Of a DNA stretch of 64,000 nucleotides, positions 28,161-42,100 are shown in pieces. A model generated the notes under the pieces. That model was not told where the DNA came from. It did not search any database and worked only from the letters and a program-made list of their open reading frames with translations. The DNA is from Nemertoderma westbladi (lineage: Eukaryota > Animalia > Xenacoelomorpha). How positions within the stretch are numbered: position 1 is the stretch's first letter; the number at the start of each line of letters is the position of its first letter. Location: the NCBI GenBank assembly GCA_032718475.1, contig JAUCBJ010007751.1:1-64000 (forward strand). Reading direction: 5' to 3'. Both the position numbers and the translations under genes were made by a program.

Positions 28161-30035
28161 TATTTTTCTCTGATAATTTGAAAAATGTAAAATTTTCCCT
28201 TATGGTTACACATAATAACGAAAATATGATAGCCCAATCCATAGCGAATAAATCTTCTACCGTCCTGGTAGCTCAGAGGTCTTAGGACACACACTCGGCT
28301 GATGATAACCGGAAGTTTGAAACCTAGGTACCGTGTTCGAGCCCCAATAGGGGCCGTTAATATTTTTCGCTTGTACTATAACATAAATATTTATAATAAC
28401 GAAAACTAACGAAATATGACGAAATTTATGGGAAAGAAATCAATGGGAAAGGTGGTGTGAAGTAGTAAGTAGGCTTAGCCTAGTTCATTAGTTCCCTATT
28501 GGAATAATGACCCTGAACCAATGGCTAGTCTTTATTTTGATTAACAGTGCTTATAACTCAATTAATCTTAATTAAATATGGATTAGAATTTGCAGGGTTA
28601 GAATTTAAAAAATTGTTATATTCCTCCCTCATACATAAACTGATGATTTCTTATTTCGCTATTATTCTTGCAAGTTAGTTAGTATTACCACCAATATTCC
28701 TATAACATTTATTCTACCCTCACATTTTCATTAGAATATCTTTTAAATAAAAAATAAATGAACAGGTTACTGTAGCAGGCTATTCTTCTAACCAAAACAA
28801 CAAAGGATAATGAATGTGCAGGTTTCACATGTCACTTGGGTAGATTTGGTCAGTATAAAAGTATCCAACTAAAGAGATACACATACTTTGGCAATAACAG
28901 TTTGTCAGTTTGCTCTCTTTGAGAGGTAATGCAAATGTATTTTTGGTAAATATTCCTAAATTCCAAAGTTGCGAACATTCAAGATTTACGCATATGTATC
29001 CAAATACATATATTTCATTGGATATACATGTTTGTCCGTTTCCAACCTAAAGACTCACTTTTACGTCTCCAGCGGCGATATTCAAAAATAGAGATCAAAT
29101 ACAATATGCATCACTACTGTAAATAAAATTAATTACACAACACAATAAACTGACCTAGAATGGGGTAAGGTAAAATAAGTAAAATTATTCGCATTATGGG
29201 AATAAACTGAAAATAGGTGCATATAGTCAAGCATGCACTAACTATTAATTATTGACAATCTTGGGTAGATCACTAAAATATAGTTATAGACACAATCATT
29301 AATTAAAATCTAAATAAAATTCTTTAAAATTAAATTATCAATTTAAAAATTAGCGGCACTTTAACATCGGTAATTGTCACATTTGGATGATATAAAGTTA
29401 CACAAGATATTTATTGAAAAGTTAAGGAATTCTAGTAAGACTTCCCTTCTATTATCAGAGTTACCTACGTCGCGGTTGTGATATCACAAATTAATTATCT
29501 TACAAACTATATAACTTGTAAAGCCATACTTCGATGATTAAAATGTTCTAAATAAAAATTTGCTAAATCAATGGTATATGTTTATAGAAAAGCTTGCCAG
29601 TTGCCAGCCAGATAGGTATGTACTGGTAATGTGTGCCAACGACACGGTGGGATAGACAGACAACAATATCGCTAAACTCCCGAGCTGAACTGTATCTTAC
29701 TGACTTCATGGCTCGCCCCTCACTTTTTCGTAATTTACAGAACAAGTTGGTTTACAAAGATACATTGGTAGCACTATACTGAAATGTCAATAATTGAAGA
29801 ATGAATCAGACCTGACTCTGACAGTCATTAAAGGCCTAAGTCCTGAAGTGTGAATGAATATGATAATAGGGTTAAAAAACAGATACAAATCGACAGATTC
29901 AATTCCGAGAAGTAGTACACAAGCAGTCATACATTTAATAGTTCTAATAAATGTTTCAGACACCGGGATTATTATGAATTAGCGAAAAAACATCATTCTG
30001 CATTCGATCATATAAATTTAACATATGCAGTGAAT

Positions 30036-30333
30036 TCATTTGTTTTTCGATATAAATCGATGACTTAGATAGGCCCAGGTTTCATCATCCAGACTATCGT
30101 TATGGGTGACCCAGGCGTGTTTAACAATATTAGTGGTCCCGGATCCCCAATAGAGTGACTTGTTGCAGACCAGACATCGAACTCGGCGTGAATCCTCGGC
30201 CATCAGCGTGTAATACTTCCAGACCAGGTTGGTAGCCTTCAGCGGTATAGTTTGGCCGCTAGCACGAATGCCGTCCAACACAGATATCACTCGGTGTTCT
30301 GAGACAACCCCAATTGGCCTTGTACGCACCGTA
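30036..30333 (-). CDS. Alternative terminal exon V3: BED zinc finger
   Basis: Acceptor ttttcgtattgttttag|T ACG (phase 2). Motif NLVWKYY...VRCLVC...GTTNIVKHAWVTH. Adds 98 aa. Confidence 0.85.
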
Positions 30334-30939
30334 CTAAAACAATACGAAAACGAGACTCCTTAACTTAGATATCCTCTGTAACGCCACTCGATTCACATCC
30401 CTTATATTCAATTGTTTCTAGCCCAACAATTTTTCGAGCACCAACCCTTTGTACCCCTGTGACTTATGCTTTATAAGTATAATAAAATAATATTTAATTA
30501 TAGACACTTCACAAATAAAGGACCAGTATATTTTACTAATAGATGTAACTGCAATAATCGATATAACACGACTGTGAACATACATTTAATACTGCACAAA
30601 ATAAAAATAACTAACACTAATACAGTTAATAAATATAGAACCAATTAAATAAATATGTATAACTATAATATAGAATGCATTACAATCAAACAATTAATAC
30701 TACAAGACTTAATTACTTAATATTACTAAATTTATTAATTCTATTTAGGATATTTATAGTTAGTCTACCTACCGATGGCACTTAATACAGTCAGTATGGT
30801 GTCATTATAAAATTAAGTGCAATTTTTTCATATGTTAAAGTTGTGACGATCGGATATATCGGACTTATTTTCTCACAACAGAGTTTCATAATAATTCAGT
30901 TTTATAAAATTAATTAGTTTAGTAATTAGTTATTAGTTA

Positions 30940-31340
30940 CGAGGGTGTCTGGACCGCAAGGGCCGGGTGGTAGGGGGAGTGCGAGCAGACCTGGTCGCTC
31001 GGGGAGTCTGGGCCAATCAACGGGTGGCGTCGTTTGATATATCGTTAATAAACGCTGACGCCACCTCGTATGCCCAGGCAAACCGTTCGACTGAGTCACT
31101 GTTCGACTGGAGCGGTGCAGGCTCAAGAAGCGCCACTACCGCACCGTCTGCGAGGACAGGAGGATGTCATGCGCGAAAGGGGCCTCGCATGTGTCCTGGG
31201 GGGTGTTCGCCGGAGGCTGCAGTTTGCGCTCCTCGGGTCCAGCTCCCTCTGCTTCCGTGGCGGACGGCGGTCTTGGCGAGGGTTAGGGTTCGGGGATGGG
31301 GCGGGGATCCGTGAGATGGGTTTGGCGGGGAATTATTGAA
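30940..31340 (+). mobile_element. 3' fragment of a non-LTR retrotransposon with a restriction-like endonuclease (CRE-like)
   Basis: RADLVARGVWANQRVASFDISLINADATSY, then frameshifted RRRLQFALLGSSSLCFRG; GC-rich island in AT-rich DNA. Confidence 0.55.
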
Positions 31341-31440
31341 TTCGGGGCGTTATACTTGTACATATCCACATATAATTAAATATAATTAATAAAAAATATA
31401 ATTATTGGTGCTGGTATATTATCTATATGGCATATCAAAT

Positions 31441-31714
31441 TATTTGTATTTAATTTAAAATTAATTATTTGTATTTAATTTTAAATTAATTATTTGTATT
31501 TAATTTTAAATTAATTATTTGTATTTAATTTTAAATTAATTATTTGTATTTAATTTTAAATTAATTATTTGTATTTAATTTTAAATTAATTATTTGTATT
31601 TAATTTTAAATTAATTATTTGTATTTAATTTTAAATTAATTATTTGTATTTAATTTTAAATTAATTATTTGTATTTAATTTTAAATTAATTATTTGTATT
31701 TAATTTTAAATTAA
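31441..31714. repeat. 25-bp AT-rich tandem repeat, about 11 copies (TATTTGTATTTAATTTTAAATTAAT)
   Basis: Direct tandem repeat. Confidence 0.95.
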
Positions 31715-32023
31715 AAAATTAGTGGATTTAAATAAAGTTTAATAAACATTTGGGTTATATGTACCGCCGCTGTATTAGTTTCGTAATATTATAATTTTTG
31801 GAAACAAACTACATACATACACAACATACATTTTTTTAAAAGCGTTCTAAACCTCGTATAATAATTTCACTCACTCATTACGTTCTCCACGTATACGAAA
31901 CCACTCGACTCGAATCAGTAAAGCGCTACTTTACACGTAGGTATGTAAACAGTTTTTACTCGAATTGATAATACACTGTTGCAAATATTAGCTCCCATGT
32001 TATCTGTAACCAGACATCAGTAA

Positions 32024-32243
32024 CTAAAAGTTTGACTTCTTAATGAATACTGAGTGCTGCGACTTTAGGTGTTTAACCAGATGGGAAGTGTGGCCATTCA
32101 ACACTTTCTGACAGAGAAGACAACGTGCCGGCCCATCAGCTGTACCCCGAGGTGCATCCAACAGCGTGAAGTACATCCAGGCGCCACTTCGCGCGCGCGT
32201 AGGAACCACATGATGGCTGCCATTCCCAGCAATCGCGTCGTAA
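32024..32243 (-). CDS. Alternative terminal exon V2: BED zinc finger
   Basis: Acceptor tgtttccgtttctatag|T TAC (phase 2). Motif RSGAWMYF...ARCLLC...TSHLVKHLKSQH. Adds 72 aa. Confidence 0.85.
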
Positions 32244-32704
32244 CTATAGAAACGGAAACAATATGATGGATATCATCGGGGATTCGAACCAATTAGCACC
32301 AATACTTAGTGGATATACCAGCAGCTGTACAACCGCCGCCATAGCGGTACTAGCATCGATCATATGCGCGAAGCCCTCACCAAATGGCCACACAAGCATC
32401 ACCCTGCAGACACAACATCTTCGTTTCGATGGGCAATATAGCGCAGCCCGTGAATCAGTAAAAATCAGGTAAATAGCAAATCATAAAAACCATATGTGGC
32501 TTCTCAGAGACACAAAGTCTGGAGAATGGCTAATTGTATGTCTAAGTAGCAGGATATCGTTTCTACGAATTACCGGTGTTGAGTCTTAAACGCGAATATA
32601 TATACGTAAATATCCCTTACTGCATAATAGAGTTTCATTTCGCAGCACAATGCCCCCATAAAATATTGATTAACTCCCCAAATAACATCCAATCATAACC
32701 ACCA

Positions 32705-33011
32705 TCAATCATTCGATACAGACTTCAATCCGCAATAATGAACACTATTCTTCGGGCGCGCGGCCTCTATTGTTATAGAGTGCCGATATCTCAGATGGGC
32801 AGTAAGGTTGGAGGTGTGGCGACCATAGGCTATGTATTTATTGCACATCAGACAGACAACACGTTCGCTTTGGTCTGGCGACGTGAGCGTAAAATAATTC
32901 CATACCGAACTGACGGCCCTCGGTGGTACTAAATGTGGGGTTGATGATTGGTTCCCGGTAAACATCGCATCCGCATTGTCATGGTTACTACGAATCGGCG
33001 TCACAAGGCAT
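32705..33011 (-). CDS. Alternative terminal exon V1: BED zinc finger
   Basis: Acceptor ttcctccctgtag|A TGC (phase 2). Motif SSVWNYF...CLMC...TSNLTAHLRYRH is a BED finger. Adds 101 aa. Confidence 0.85.
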
Positions 33012-33110
33012 CTACAGGGAGGAATTGGGAAGCATGCAGCGCATCACTAAGGCCCGCATCGACATAAAAATTAATAAATATATACCGGTAGTAAATCGAG
33101 AAGTTATATT

Positions 33111-33642
33111 TCGTCATGTGGCAATAAAAAGGCTCCATCTCAAATTTTAAGATTTCAAAAATTAAGTTATTCATATTCATTTCATATAAAATTCTGCATC
33201 AGATGATATAATTTTTGATAGTGGGTTCGGGTTGTTATTCAAATTATCCCATTTAAATCATTTGATTTAAATGAAATGTAGAAAATTCAATAAAACTGTA
33301 AATTAGAATATTGACGAATTCCAAGATAGCTCCTTATTAACGAATTCATTAAAAAGGCTCTATCTTAGAACTTATATATAGTATCCTAAGATAGCCCCTT
33401 TCCAATGAATTTATTAGAAGTATGCTATCTCTCTCTATACAGTTTCTGAGATAGCTCATTTTTAATGAATTCTTTAGAAAGGCGCTATCTTAGTTATTCT
33501 TATACAGTTTTAGAGATAGCGCCTTTTTAATGAAATTCATTAGAAAGGCGCTATCTTAGAAATGTGTTGACCAATTACATAAGTTCAATTTCCACAGTTT
33601 GTAAAGAAACTGAGATAGCGTCTATTTATTACCACATGACGA
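33111..33642. mobile_element. MITE with TIRs and internal GATAGC subrepeats
   Basis: TCGTCATGTGGCAATAAA ... TTTATTACCACATGACGA inverted termini; no clear TSD. Confidence 0.7.
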
Positions 33643-33900
33643 TATGTCGGTTAATTTATATATATGTCGGGTTTGTTAGTTTGTGTGTCAATTTATTCTA
33701 CAGCTAGGCGAGAGTTAATAGTGCAATGCCAGAAAAATATTACATTATATATTATATTATACCATGCAACAATGCATTGGGGCAGTGGGTACCTCGCAAA
33801 CTTTCAAACTATAAATCAACTAAGTACTCCCTAAATTTACAACTCAGCAATAATATCACGGGAGATAGAGTAAATGTTAATACAGGACAGAACTTACTAA

Positions 33901-33972
33901 TGGGGCTGGGGTGGGGTGGGGCGGGGTGGGGTGGGGTGGGGTGGGGTGGGGTGGGGTGGGGGTGGGGGGGGT
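33901..33972 (+). repeat. (GGGGT)n microsatellite, potential G-quadruplex
   Basis: About 14 consecutive G-tracts. Confidence 0.85.
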
Positions 33973-36212
33973 AGTCCTTGATGCAAGTAAAATTAAACAG
34001 ATAACAGGTTGAAAATCGAGGTTGCCTCATTAACAATTCCAATCATTGCCATTGCCGAAATAATTAGAAATAATAAACATAATAGGTGAAAAGGTACCCG
34101 GACAAATCGTTCCAGGACAAATAGTGCTAGGAAAAGACGTCCACTCACAAAACTAGTATATAGGTACATCAACACCATCATTTCTTAGGTACCCTGTATG
34201 TATACGGGATCATTTATCAGGATACATTTTGCCATGCTTCAAAAATATAATATATTAGGTGGATACAAGGATATATACAAAGTTAATGAGAGGGCACTTA
34301 AAACAACCTTGGTCAGAGTCAGAGCGAGTGATTGCCGCACACAATAAACAAACATAGAAGCATAACATAGAAGGGGGATTATACATTATAACAGCGCGCC
34401 GTGTTGTTTCCGTAGCAACTACACATCGCGCTGTTATTATAATATACATGCCGAACCGCCCACCTTAATAACCAATTAACCAATAAAACTAACCAAACAA
34501 TTAACCAATATTTCTTTTTTCTTTAGAATAAACATAATATTATATTAATTCTGTTATTGACATAACATTAAAACATAAAACACAACGTTTCGTTCTACAC
34601 ACTGTACAGCAGCATCAGGGCACAAATACACAACTCAGAACCGAATAATACAGGTATAATACAACACAGTACTAACAGTAAAAAAAACAACAGGTAGGCC
34701 AAACCAAATCATGTGGGGCGAGCCACGAATCCGATGGAGCCAGTAGCGAAGGGCGACTAGACTATTTAAATAAGAACAATGTGTATAATTTTTCTTGCTT
34801 ATTATGTGTTGGATTGTAATGTTGGATACATAAATTTCTTTAACATAATATTATTGATTTGCATTGCTAGTCATTGTTCCAGGCTCAGAAATATACAGGC
34901 TCAGAAACTCGAGCTAGATAGATTTATTTATACATTATGTAAAAACAATAACAAATACACCAAACAATGTACCGGTATAAAGGTATTGTCCAACATAAAA
35001 TATAGGATTACCCCTAAAGCTTTGCAGCTTATTTCCAAGGGGGTCCTTGAGCGTCAAGAGCGTCAAGGGTGAGATCAGTTCATTCAATACAAGGTTTGTA
35101 TTTTTATGATTTTTCGTTCTCACGGACCGCACGATTTCAATCCAAATTATATAATACGTCATTGAGGAACAATGTTGGTTGGTTTAAATAAATGTTGGTA
35201 AGGTGAGGAATACCGGATCCGAGTTATTAAATCCTGCATCATTAGGTCTGTGGTGTGATATCATAGTGTCGTTGAGAGAAAGGAGCAGATTACTGTGCTA
35301 TGTCATTCTAACCAAAACAATTTAAAACTACTGTATTTACGCATGAACTAACGACACAGGACCTAATGTCGCAGGACCCTAATGGCGAAAGTCCTAAATA
35401 CGCAGGAAAGAACGACCAAATAAGGGCCTAACGGTACAGGACCTCATACGACCAAATAAGGGCCTAACGAAACGATCACAAGAACAGGACCTATTTTTGA
35501 AAATTATTATTATTTGAAAATTTAATAAAATTATATTACAAAATAAAATAAAATTACAAAAATTCATTTTTGTAAAGTTTTACAACTAAAATATTTTACT
35601 CTTGTTCTTCTTATATCAACTTTCTTCTCAGACGGCCGATTTTAATATTTTCTATGACTAAATTACAATATACCTTTTAAATTTTTTTAAACTCAATTCT
35701 CATTAAACTTGTGTGAAAATTTCCGAAATTGCATAGCTGCAATTTGGTCTATTGGAATTACAATACCTGGTCATGTGTATGTTTTAGAATTGTTATATTT
35801 ATATAAGAATATATTTTTTTTGTTTTGTAGTTTACTAAATAAAACAGTTTTTTGGATTTTTTTTATGCAAAATATAAACATCACCACACCCTCTCATCTG
35901 CCGATACAGGTATCCGTAATTCTGTAATATCCCACTAAAATAAATATAAGTATAACTAATCATAGAGTGAACTGCATATACCTTATATCCTTCTTACATA
36001 CTTTAAGTCCTTAAAAAATATACGTAAACAACAAAAAATATAGATAACAAAACACAAAAAACTATTTTGTTTTGTAGTTTTTGAACAAAAAATGACGTTT
36101 TTTTTTTCAAGCCCTGTCATATTCAAGGTACCTTATGAGTCTTCCGAGGTAGTTAAGTTTGCTCGAATGGTTGATAGTGAGACAAAGTAATCTATACCTA
36201 TAAAAATCAAAT

Positions 36213-36245
<33 letters not shown>

Positions 36246-36550
36246 GTGTTCGAACTCCTCCAAAACAGGCAGAGGGATTGCGCTGGAACTTGGCATGTGT
36301 GTAACATTAACCAGCGGTCGTTATAGGTCACTTTTCGAAAAGTTTAATTCACGTTCGGTACCGGTACTGGGTACCGGTACGTCAGTAGGCCTATACCGGT
36401 ACCAGTACGCCAGTAGGCCTATGCCGGTAGCAGGAAATACCGGGTAACATGCCTCGGGTATTGCCTGCTAGTACCCCAATAAAGCCACAACAGTCGGCCA
36501 AAGCTGGAGGTAACCGGAAGGATCCTCTTTCAATAGCTGCTACTTACTAT

Positions 36551-36770
36551 AATCGGCCCTGCTGCATTGAAACTGCACATTGAGATGCTATGCCGGCTTA
36601 ACAAAAAACATTTTGCCACCACCATGCAATCCACAATTGGCAAACCCAATGCAACGTGCATTAAGAATGATAGGCCTGCTTCTCAACAAATTTGCACCAC
36701 CTGAGGGCTACTCCTTATCACCCATGACTTTCGCAAGATTATCCGCACCTTCATGGCCAGTGTCCTTTAC
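36551..36770 (-). mobile_element. Older diverged 3' fragment of the RTE LINE family
   Basis: Recognisable similarity to 51290-51420 (ATCGGC..GCTGCATTG..., TATCACCCATGAC...ATCCGCA...GGCCAGTGTCCTTTA). Confidence 0.6.
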
Positions 36771-37298
36771 GGGGGGGGGGGGGGGTACCCCCTCAGGAGA
36801 TTTGTTTTTAACAGCTCTAACTTCGTGTTGCAGGTCAATATCACTGATGTGGTGTTCAGCCAACATGGGGAAGGCCAAAGAGCAACAAAAATTGAAATTT
36901 TAAATTTTTTTGTGTCCCTCTAGTCTAGTCTACTAGTCGCTTAATATTTATACAAATTTTTGAAACCAACATTTTTTGGACTCAGCACCTTCGAATCTAC
37001 AAAAATTATCCAGACGATTTTATAAATTATTAATTTTTAAATTAATTAATTAAAATTAATAAAATCAATTAAATTTCAAAAAAAATTGAAAGAAAAGTTT
37101 CCAAAAAGTGCTGGAAAATTTTTCAAGATGTCCAGAAAACCTTTCAAACGAGTCATAAATTATCGAATTTGGGTGTAAAACGGCGGAGGAGTAGTATTTT
37201 GAAAAATTGAAATATCGTGAAATGTAATTCCGAGATAATTTGCTTTCAAGTTTGAACCTTCCCGCTCAAACCTGACTGTCTGTAGTCTGTTAATCGGT

Positions 37299-38687
37299 CA
37301 GTTCCCAAGAAGGGCAACCTAACACTCTATGGTTCTTTTCGGGGAATCTCATTGATCTCGATTGCTGCAAAGCTATACAATAGAATTCTATTAAATCGCA
37401 TCAGGGATCCCATTGAGAGACTGCTCCTTGGAAATCAGAATGGGTTCCGTAAAGGTCGTGGGACAATGGAGCCCATTTTGGCACTTATAAGGATAATTGA
37501 AGAGTTATCAAAAAAGAAAGACATACTGGCTGTTATCTTTGTTGACTTCTTCAAGGCCTTTGATTCAGTTTCTCGCTCACGTATGTTAAGCATACTTTCA
37601 TTATATGGGATTCCTGATGAAATTATTGCAGCAATCAGATCAGTATACGATGGTTCGACAACATTTGTGTCTACTGTTGACGGTGACACAGAACCATTTG
37701 AAGTGTTATGGGGCGTCCTCCAGGGAGACACACTTGCACCATTCTTGTTCATAATTGTGGTTGACTATGTTCTACGCATGTCCTTAGATCATTATAATGA
37801 TGATGGGGTGTTGATAACTACACCTACTGGCTCCAGAAGTCGAGGAAATCCTGCCAAGTACCTCACTGATCTAGACTTTGCTGATGACTTAGGAGTACTC
37901 TCAGAATCACTAGAGGGAGCCCAACGGCTCCTCAGCTCATTAGAACATGCTGCTTCTAGTGTTGGTCTTTTTATTAACTCCAGAAAGACCAAAATTTTGA
38001 CAGTTAACTTTGAAAGTCCTCAGCAAGTCTCTGATCGGATGAGCATAAGCTCAAAAGATGGTATGCTTGAGCATGTGGATGACTTCTGTTACCTGGGATC
38101 ATGGATCCGGAAGTCAGGTGAGGACCTTCGAATACGTAAGGGAAAGGCATGGGCAGCCTTGAATAGGCTCTCCAAGATTTGGAAGTCAACGAGAATTAAT
38201 CGGAAACTTAAGGTCCGATTATTTAGAGCAGCAGTAGTTCCAGTACTCCTCTATGGGAGTCCATGCTGGGCTCTAACTGCTGAGGACACCAAATCTCTGG
38301 ATGGCACATTCACAAGAATGCTACGCCGGGTTCATTGTGTCAAGTACAATGCACACATCTCCAACCAGACACTATATAACATTGGAGGTGTCTCATTGGT
38401 TCCCCCAAGCTTGACACTAGAACAAAATCGCCTCCGCTTTGCAGGACATTGCTTTCGCCGTGAGGACCAGCCAGTGCATAATCGTGTACTTTGGCAGCCT
38501 CATGGAGTGAATAAGCATGGTGGACAGCCCATGACTTTCTTGAGACGCATCTTAAAGGTAGATGGCATCTTGTAGATGCGGATGATCTAGCAAATGTCAT
38601 GGGTGATACAGAGTTGTGGCGGTGCAATTTTGTCGATAAGCCGGCACAGCATTCTTAAAAATGCAGCTGCAATGCAGCATGCCGATC
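37299..38687 (+). mobile_element. 5'-truncated RTE-clade LINE copy
   Basis: RT motifs QNGFRKGR, FVDFFKAFDSV, GVLQGDTLAPFLF, LDFADD; near-identical to 58018-59406. Confidence 0.92.
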
Positions 38688-38699
38688 CTGGTAGAGAAC

Positions 38700-39140
38700 C
38701 GTTATGTGTAGCTGGACTGCGGCGGAAGTAATGGATTATTACAAAATAAATTCTACTCCAGTTTATGGCTGTTTGTTAGACGTAGTCGAATGGAAGAAGC
38801 TATTCATAGAGCGAATTAGAAAAGGTTTTCGTGGTGCATTTTTAGGTGACTTTTGTATATTGCGAGCAATCCTGTTGTGTTCATTGAGGTCACGGTTCCT
38901 TTTTCTGTAAGAACCGGAGTTAGACAAGGGTCGGTTTGTTCACCGTTACTTTGTTTTGTATTGTGCTAGGCGTTTTAATTATTAGATAGCTGATAGCTGA
39001 TAGCTAGGTAGCTGGTGTAGGATGTTCGCGATAGGGCCTCTATTTTATAGTTGCCTTGCCTACGCCGATGATGTGATCTTACTAACTATGCCCTAGTATC
39101 GTGGGACTTCAGTATATGATAAAGATTTGCAAGACATTCT
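38700..39140 (+). pseudogene. Highly decayed LINE RT fragment
   Basis: Fragments YYKINSTPVYGCLLD, GVRQGSVCSPLL and LAYADDVILL in shifting frames. Confidence 0.55.
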
Positions 39141-39166
39141 GTATGAGTGTATAGATTTTAAATACC

Positions 39167-42100
39167 GGTACTATAGGACAAGGGAACGAGGTACTATAGG
39201 ACAAGGGAACGAGGTACTATAGGACAAGGGAACGAGGTACTATAGGATAAGGGAACGAGGTACTATATGACAAGGGAACGAGGTACTATAGAACAAGGGA
39301 ACGACGTACTATAGGACAAGGGAACGACGTACTATAGGACAAGGGAACGACGTACTATAGGACAACGGAACGAGGTAATATAGGACAAGGGAACGAGGTA
39401 CTATAAGACAAGGGAACGAGGTACTATAGGACAAGGGAACGAGGTATTATAGGACAAGGGAACGAGGTACTATAGGATAAGGGAACGAGGTACTATATGA
39501 CAAGGGAACGAGGTACTATAGAACAAGGGAACGACGTACTATAGGACAAGGGAAAGACGTACTATAGGACAACGGAACGAGGTACTATAGGACAAGGGAA
39601 CGAGGTACTATAGGACAAGGGAACGAGGTACTATAGGATAAGGGAACGAGGTACTATAGGACAAGGGAACGACGTACTATAGGACAACGGAACGAGGTAC
39701 TATAGGACAAGGGAACGAGGTACTATAGGACAACGGAACGAGGTACTATAGGACAAGGGAACGAGGTACTATAGGACAAGGGAACGAGGTACTATAGGAC
39801 AAGGGAACGAGGTACTATAGGACAAGGGAACGAGGTACTATAGGACAAGGGAACGAGGTACTATAGGACAAGGGAACGAGGTACTATAGGACAACGGAAC
39901 GAGGTACTATAGGACAAGGGAACGAGGTACTATAGGACAAGGGAACGACGTACTATAGGACAAGGGAAAGAGGTACTATGGGACAAGGGAACGAGGTACT
40001 ATAGGACAAGGGAACGAGGTACTATAGGACAAGGGAACGACGTACTATAGGACAAGGGAACGAGGTACTATAGGACAAGGGAACGAGGTACTATAGGACA
40101 AGGGGACGACGTACTATAGGACAACGGAACGAGGTACTATAGGACAAGGGAACGAGGTACTATAGGACAACGGAACGAGGTACTATAGGACAAGGGAACG
40201 ACGTACTATAGGACAAGGGAACGAGGTACTATAGGACAAGGGAACGAGGTACTATAGGACAAGGGAACGAGGTACTATAGGACAAGGGAACGACGTACTA
40301 TAGGACAAGGGAACGACGTACTATAGGACAAGGGAACGAGGTACTATAGGACAAGGGAACGAGGTACTATAGGACAACGGAACGAGGTACTATAGGACAA
40401 GGGAACGAGGTACTATAGGACAAGGGAACGAGGTACTATAGGACAAGGGAACGAGGTACTATAGGACAAGGGAACGAGGTACTATAGGACAAGGGAACGA
40501 GGTACTATAGGACAAGGGAACGAGGTACTATAGGACAAGGGAACGAGGTACTATAGGACAACGGAACGAGGTACTATAGGACAAGGGAACGAGGTACTAT
40601 AGGACAAGGGAACGAGGTACTATGGGACAAGGGAACGAGGTACTATAGGACAAGGGAACGAGGTACTATAGGACAACGGAACGAGGTACTATAGGACAAG
40701 GGAACGAGGTACTATAGGACAAGGGAACGAGGTACTATAGGACAACGGAACGAGGTACTATAGGACAAGGGAACGAGGTACTATAGGACAAGGGAACGAG
40801 GTACTATAGGACAAGGGAACGAGGTACTATAGGACAAGGGAACGAGGTACTATAGGACAAGGGAACGAGGTACTATAGGACAAGGGAACGAGGTACTATA
40901 GGACAAGGGAACGAGGTACTATAGGACAAGGGAACGAGGTACTATAGGACAAGGGAACGAGGTACTATAGGACAAGGGAACGAGGTACTATAGGACAAGG
41001 GAACGAGGTACTATAGGACAAGGGAACGAGGTACTATAGGACAAGGGAACGAGGTACTATAGGACAAGGGAACGAGGTACTATAGGACAAGGGAACGAGG
41101 TACTATAGGACAAGGGAACGAGGTACTATAGGACAAGGGAACGAGGTACTATAGGACAAGGGAACGAGGTACTATAGGACAAGGGAACGAGGTACTATAG
41201 GACAAGGGAACGACGTACTATAGGACAAGGGAACGAGGTACTATAGGACAAGGGAACGAGGTAGTATAGGACACGGGAACGAGGTACTATAGGACAAGGG
41301 AACGAGGTAGTATAGGACACGGGAACGAGGTACTATAGGACAACGGAACGAGGTAGTATAGGACACGGGAACGAGGTACTATAGGACAAGGGAACGAGGT
41401 ACTATAGGACAAGGGAACGAGGTACTATAGGACAAGGGAACGAGGTACTATAGGACAAGGGAACGAGGTACTATAGGACAAGGGAACGAGGTACTATAGG
41501 ACAAGGGAACGAGGTACTATAGGACAAGGGAACGAGGTAGTATAGGACACGGGAACGAGGTACTATAGGACAAGGGAACGAGGTACTATAGGACAAGGGA
41601 ACGAGGTACTATAGGACAACGGAACGAGGTACTATAGGACAAGGGAACGACGTACTATAGGACAAGGGAACGAGGTACTATAGGACAAGGGAACGAGGTA
41701 CTATAGGACAAGGGAACGAGGTACTATAGGACAAGGGAACGAGGTACTATAGGACAAGGGAACGAGGTACTATAGGACAAGGGAACGAGGTACTATAGGA
41801 CAAGGGAACGAGGTACTATAGGACAAGGGAACGAGGTACTATAGGACAAGGGAACGAGGTACTATAGGACAAGGGAACGAGGTACTATAGGACAAGGGAA
41901 CGAGGTACTATATGACAAGGGAACGAGGTACTATAGGACAAGGGAACGACGTACTATAGGACAAGGGAACGACGTACTATAGGACAAGGGAACGACGTAC
42001 TATAGGACAACGGAACGAGGTACTATAGGACAAGGGAACGAGGTACTATAGGACAAGGGAACGAGGTATTATAGGACAAGGCAACGAGGTACTATAGGGC

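Noticed and set aside
29563-29780. Possible additional variable exon (acceptor-like gacatttcag near 29779)
   Set aside because: The phase-2 frame closes after ~24 codons within a GGGGCGAGCC repeat and contains no DNA-binding motif.
34583-34620. Hammerhead-like core on the minus strand (CCTGATG...CGAAAC)
   Set aside because: The conserved CUGANGA is broken (CUGAUGC) and the stems are not supported; at most a decayed Penelope-type end.
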